64,000 nt of DNA, taken from NCBI RefSeq assembly GCF_009914755.1, contig NC_060929.1; one strand, 5' to 3'. Position numbers and translations under genes: made by a program. Shown here piece after piece: positions 53,693 through 64,000 of this stretch; the first letter of the stretch is position 1, and every line of letters begins with the position of its first letter. The DNA is from the human T2T-CHM13v2.0 reference genome, Homo sapiens. The notes under the pieces are model-generated. The model made no database searches. It was not told where the DNA came from and was given only the letters and a program-made list of their open reading frames with translations.

Positions 53693-55139
53693 TTTTTTAA
53701 GTAAACAACAAAATTTTATTTGGAAAATTCCTTTCCTTACACATAATGAAATCCCATCAAATGATTTTATTTATTTTATTTGTTTGTTGTTCAATGATGT
53801 TTATGCTTTTTTTAAATATATTACTTTAAGTTCTGGGATACATGTGTAGAACATGCAGGTTTGTTACATAGGTATACATGTGCCATGGTGGTTTGCTGCA
53901 CCCATCAACCTGTCATCTAGGTTGCCCTGGTGTGTGATGTTCCCCTCCCTGTGTCCATGTGTTCTCATTGTCCAGCTCCTACTTATGAGTGAGAACATGT
54001 GGTGTTTCGTTTTCTGTTTCTGTGTTAGTTTGCTGAAAATGATGGGTTCCAGCTTCATCCATGTCCCTGCAAAGGACATGAACTCATTCTTTTTTATGGC
54101 GGCATAGTATTCCATGGTGTATATGTGCCACATTTTCTTAATCCAGTCTATCATTGATGGGCCTTTGGGTTGGTTCCCAGTCTTTGCTATTCTAAATAGT
54201 GCTGAAATAAACATACATGTGCACGTGTCTTTATGGTAGAATGATTTATAATCGTTTGGGTGTATACCCAGTAATGGGACTGCTGGGTCAAATGGTTATT
54301 TCTGGTTCTAGATCCTTGAGGAATTGCCATACTGTCTTCCACAATGGTTGAACTAATTTACACTCCCACCAACAGTGTAAAAGAGCTCCTTTTTGTCCAC
54401 AGCCTTGCCAGCATCTGTTGTTTCCTGACTTTTTAATAATCACCATTCTAACTGGTGTGAGATGGTGGGTGTCTCACTGTGGTTTTGATTTGCATTTCTC
54501 TAATGACCAGTGACAGATATATAGACCAATGGAACAGAACAGAGACCTAAGAAATAACACCATACCATACGCCTACAACCATCTGATCTTCAACAAATCT
54601 GACAGAAACAAGCAATGGGGAAAGGATTCCCTATTTAATAAATGGTGCTGGGAAAACTAGCTAGCCATATACAGAAAACTGAAACTGGACCCCTTCCTTA
54701 AACCTTATACAAAAATTAACTCAAAATGGATTAAAGACTTAAATGTGAAACCCAAAACCTTAAAAACCCTGGGAGAAAACCTAGGCAATACCATTCAGGA
54801 CATATGCATGGGCGAAGCCTTCATGACTAAAACACCAAAAGCAATGGCAACAAAGGCCAAAATTGACAAATGGGATTTAATCAAAGTAAAGAGCTTCTGC
54901 ACAGCAAAAGAAACTACCATCAGAGTGAACAGGCAACCTACAGAATGGGAGAAAAGTTTTGTAAGCTGCTCATCTGACAAAGGTCTAATATCCAGTATCT
55001 CCAGGGACTTAAACAAATTTACAAGAAAAAAAAAAAACCAGACAAGCTCATCAAAAAGTGGGCAAAGGATATGAACAGACACTTCTCAAAAGAAGACATT
55101 TCTGTGGCCAAAAAACACATGAAAAAAAGCTCATCATCA
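53693..55139 (-). mobile_element. L1PA7-like insertion with 5' inversion and 3' transduction
   Basis: TSD ccctaggga(t/c)tttt (53679-53692, 55140-55153); antisense L1 53807-54513; sense L1 54513-55140. Confidence 0.93.
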
Positions 55140-55154
55140 CCCTAGGGACTTTTA

Positions 55155-56090
55155 AATCATAAAACATTTGAGACACAAAAAGGTCTAGGAAATAGTATGA
55201 GTACTGCTTTACTCACCATTTGTGCATCCTCCATGAGCTTAAGAAATAAAACCTTCAAAGTGCAATTGACGTCTCCTATTTGCCCTTCCCTGAGAGCACT
55301 ATCCTTACTCTCTGCCATAGGTTAACACTATCCTGAATTTGGTGTTTGTCTTTCCCACAGATGTCTTTATACTTTTATTACATATGAATATCTCTGAAGA
55401 CAATATATATAATTGTTTCATATATTCTAAAACTTTAAATAAATTGTATCATGCTGTATGCATCCTTCTTGCTTTTTTACTTAACACTGTGTTTGCCACA
55501 TTTATTTATAGTGCCATGGAGGGCTTCTGTTTACTCATTTATTATGCTATAGCACTGCACTGCACATATACATAACATCTCATTTATTCATTCTTCTAGT
55601 GGACACCTAGGTTTCTACTTTTTTCTATTACCAGCAATGTTGTTATGAACATTCTTATATATTTCTATTTATGTAGATGATTTAGTATTTTTTTTACAGC
55701 AGGGGTAAACGAACAATGCCTGTAGCCTAAATATGGCCCACCATCGGTTTTTGTAAATAAAGTTTTATTAGAACATAGCGGTGGTCATAGTGCTGATGGC
55801 TACTTTCATACTACTGTGGCAGAGTTGAGCAGTTATGACAGAGAATGTATAGCCCACAAAACTGAAAATATTTATTATTTGATCTTTTGCAGAAAAAGTT
55901 TGTCAACTTCTACTTTAGGGTATAAACTTAGCAGTCACATAGATGGGTTGAAGGCTCTATGAGTATTCAATTTTACCAAATGTTTCTAAATATTCTCTAA
56001 AGTAATGTACCAATTTTCATTCCCCTCAATAATATAAAAATATATTCATTCTCCTTGTTCCTCATGCTCACCAGCACTTAAAATCTCAAA
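55155..56090 (-). mobile_element. Old L1ME-like fragment
   Basis: ggttaacactatcctgaatttggtgttt, ggacacctaggttt, ttatgaacattctt, gtaccaattttcattccc. Confidence 0.7.
55699..55912 (+). mobile_element. MER58A (hAT-Charlie)
   Basis: gtttttgtaaataaagttttattagaaca...ggcagagttgagcagtt...gaaaaagtttgtcaac. Confidence 0.85.
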
Positions 56091-57834
56091 AGTTTTAAAA
56101 TCGTGTCCATTTATTTGTGGTTTCATTTTAAATATCCTAGAGTTGTTATAATGGTTTATATCCATGTTTGCGAGGTATGCCATATGTTTTCGGGTAATAC
56201 TAGAAATAATAGAGCAATCATATAACTGTACCAAGATGAGGCTAAGGCACAAAAGTGGATACCTCCCCATTTGATTTCACTTAGAGCTCCTCTTTTCCAA
56301 ACCCTATATCCTATTCTCTTTCCTGACACTCCTGTCCCAGGCAACTATCACTCAGAATCTCTGTCTGTATCATGTGGACAAAGTTCTTCTACAGTGCTTA
56401 ATTTGCTGCCTGCAATATACGGCCTTCTACTCCTTCCCTTTCCCGACGAATCATACAACTAAGTGCTTTCCCAGAAGCCTTTGTCAAGTGGAGAAAAGAA
56501 ATGAGAGGAAAGAAGCCCTGTCTTTTTCAACATGGGACACCTGGTCTCCACATTGCATCACCTAAGAGCCGTCTCTACCATCTACACCTAAGGCCAGCCA
56601 GTTAGGCAAGAATGAGAATACAGTCAAAGAAATAAGGATTCATCTGTGCCTTTGGATGCTCCCAGGGTGATGTTCCCTGTCAAGGTACATCTGGGATTAT
56701 CTGGTTTTCATCATGCTCTTTGATGGAAAGAAATCTGCTTTTTATTTCTTCTTTATCTTGTGTTGGAATAGCAAGTGTTGATTGACCAGTCGAGGTTATT
56801 ATTATTTATTTATTTGGTTATGGTAAGAGCAGTCCTCTTCCTTGTGGATATTTCTACAACTTTGACAAGTAAATGAGGCAAGGACGTAGCTGGAGATAGC
56901 AATAGGACAAGAAGTGAAGAAAGAATCTCCTGTGTGGCAGTTATTGGAACATACCCAGAGCATTGAAATCGCAGTTTATGCCTCTGTTTTACAGTAAAGG
57001 CTGTTGATCTAAGGAAATTTAAGGCATGGGGAACAGGATGAAAAAGAAGAGGGGGAAGTTGGTTGGATTGTATCAATGTCAATCTCTTGATTGTTATTGT
57101 CCTGTAGTTATGCAAGATGTTACCATTGGGGAAAGTATGTGAAGAATATATGGAATCTCTCTGTATTATAGCTTACAAAACAGATATATAAAAAATTAGA
57201 GAGTAGGAATGGGAATGTGAAAGGGAGGACTCTTCACTTTTTACTTGATACCTTGCTTGTACTGTTTTTACCACATGCATGCATTATTTGCATCATGAAG
57301 ACATGAGTCCCTGCCTCATGTCCTCTAAGTCTTATCACATGTACCTGTCAAATTATGATAGTCTAACCTATACTTTGCTGCAGCTGAAATTACGCTTTTT
57401 ATGATTAGATATCTTACTAAGTAGCCCTCTTCTTCAACTTTCTCTCATGTTGTTATTGTCTTCCTTCAGAATTATTTTCTTTCTTTTTTCTTTCAACCAA
57501 TTTCCTTCAACCAATGCATCACCTTGCAGGGTGAATGATTTAGGAAGGCATAGGCTCAAAGCCCTGTCAAGCACAAACTTCTCAGATGGGCAGTGCACAA
57601 GCTGGTGCTGTGTGGCCATTGCAGCAAACATGGCAGTGGGCATGGGATATCTTGGGGCTGATTCAACAAGTTTCCTTTTGAACACTCTATGCCTGGGTTT
57701 AGAACCCTCTGAGGCTATAACTTTTTTTCCCAAAGACTTTTCTTCTGCATCACTGGCAACCTCCTCCTCTATTATCTTTCTTTTTTCTATGAGATTAGTC
57801 ATCACCAAAAACTTCTTTCCAACTTTATCTGAAC

Positions 57835-58200
57835 ATTCTTTCATTCTTCAGGCATCATGAGTTCGTGCACTATTTACCGCAGGCCAACTCTGTAAGTTTA
57901 AGTAGTGAGAATACAAAAAATTTTAAAAAGACATGGTCCCTGCCCTCAAAAACCTCAGACACTTAGGTTACATTATGGAATGGAAAGAACGAGGATAGGA
58001 ACCAAGTGTCCAGGAAGAATAGAACAGGGAACAATGAATTCTGCTTGGGAAAGAGGAGGAAAATTTCTTAGAAAGTGATATTTAAGTTGCATATTGACAA
58101 ATAACAGTGAAAGGGGAGAAGAATCATCTCGGTTGAAGGACCAGTGTAGACAAAGAAAGGCACAACAATATGGAAATATGTAATATATTTAGGGAAGTGT
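57835..58200 (-). mobile_element. L2 3' fragment
   Basis: aagacatggtccctgccctcaa, aattctgcttggga...gaaagtgatatttaagttg. Confidence 0.65.
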
Positions 58201-59929
58201 ATTGAAATAATTACCCCTGGGGATGATACATCCCAGTCTCACATCCTCAAAGTATCACCATGTGTACCTGAGGGAGTATCAGCATGTTTAACATGGGTTA
58301 GGGCCAGAGAGTAAGGTATATGCCTGCTAAGGAATTGTAACTTTATGTTCTAGGGCTCTGCAAATCTAACTTGAGGTAAAGTGAATTGACATTTAGCTTT
58401 CAGCCAAGCACATGATTAAGTCTCTCATGATCTATCTATATCTATATCTACATCTATCTATGGCCAAGATGGAAAAATATAGGCTCTGCAGTGGCATATT
58501 GGATGTCATGTGATCATCTTCAGATATTAGAAGAACTGTCAGGTGAAAGAGGGATTTTATATTTTATGCCCATATCCAGAGGAAAAGCTGGAATCAATAA
58601 ATTAAAATTACAGGGAAGCAGATTACTTCTTTGGGTTAGAAAAAAAAGAGAAATTTCTAGGCAATGGCTAATAATTATGTTAATAGGAAAAGGAAATGCT
58701 TCACTGCACACATGTTCTTGGTTTGACAGAGGTTGTCAATGTTATCATTGGTTTTACTAGTGATATGTTTTGGTTTGATTTTTCTGAGCTCCAAAAATTG
58801 TTAAAGAGTGGTACTTTTTTAGAACTCCAAATAGATGCATTTTGATATCATTGAAGTAACTTGCATTAACAAATTATAACTTCTCTCTACTTCAAAGTGC
58901 CCACTGTTAGATTGGAAAATAACATTTTCTCCTAAGCTCAAAAAATATTGATGTCAAAGGGGAAAAGAAATAAAGAGATAAAGAAGGGTAGGGAACAGAG
59001 ATACAAAGCAGGAAGTAATAAATATGTAAAATAGAGAGTGACAGGTTCCCTTCATGCTACAGTGAGGACAGTGACTTAAAAGCAAAAACTATTACCATCA
59101 AGAAATGAAGAATGTAACTTCATTGAGAAGTCAACATTAAACAGTTTATTAAAAGTCTTTCTTTAAAAACAAAAATTTCCAAGCTGCTCTTTCAATGAAG
59201 ATCAGCCTGAAAGGCATAAAACCCTTGTTGCACATGACTCATTGCTGGCTGCCAAGGAAGAATGCTAAAAAGAGCAGGATGGGAGTTTGTTAAATTAATA
59301 ACTAAGAACAAACTAATTTTCCAATGAAGATGCATGAGGAAGAAGGCTAACTGAATTTTCTAGTGGGCCTGGTTGTTTGTTTTCACTAGAAAGAAGAACG
59401 TGTCTCCATTCGTTGATATTCTCTTCTACTATCAGACTTAAGCTATGCCTGCCTGACACAGAAACAGAAAGCAGAAGAATAAGTAAAAGGTTATGGTGAG
59501 AGCCAGCTCTCAGAGTTTCCTTCTCTCAGCCAGCATTTGTTGAGTACCATCTCAATACCTGGGATTATCACAGTATGTATGTATTCAAAGAGAAATATTA
59601 TTCTTATGTGCCACCTCATCCTACAAAAAATGAGAAATTTTATAAAAATTCACACAATGCAGAAGTATAAAATTAATAGTTGAGTGAGTCAGCGAAAGAA
59701 TCACATAAATGCAGGCCATCCAGGACCTTGTATCTATAGGTGTTAGATGTGAACAACAAATTTGGCCATAAACTACACAGGGGGCCAATACAGAAAAAAA
59801 AAAAACAAAAAACAAAAAACAAAAAAAAAAAACACATTCGGTTCTAAGACTTGTGATAAGAAAAACAACTTTTCCTTATACAGAGACCTGTAAGCAATTT
59901 CTTTCTGAGTCTGTGTAAGGGGAACTTCG

Positions 59930-64000
<4,071 letters not shown>

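Overview
This is primate (human-like) nuclear DNA: AT-rich, CpG-depleted, intergenic or deep intronic, and made mostly of interspersed repeats. No intact host gene, RNA gene or CRISPR array is recognisable. Almost every ORF in the track maps to a decayed L1, Alu, mariner or ERV, or is a chance ORF. The centre is a nested block at 21097-31549: a MER50-like solo LTR split by (i) an L1PA carrying a short 3' transduction and (ii) a 6.85-kb chimera. The chimera is a 5'-truncated gammaretrovirus-like provirus (gag-pro-pol, env remnant, complete 3' LTR) fused to an L1 3' end and poly(A). I found no evidence for a new protein-coding system. Two themes are worth follow-up. First, non-L1 cargo apparently delivered by L1 machinery: a 1.29-kb orphan insert with a 16-bp TSD, two 3' transductions, and the ERV-L1 chimera. 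Second, four separate fold-back/snap-back hairpin scars inside otherwise colinear repeats. Repeat subfamily names come from my recollection of consensus sequences, not from a database search, and boundaries of old elements are approximate.
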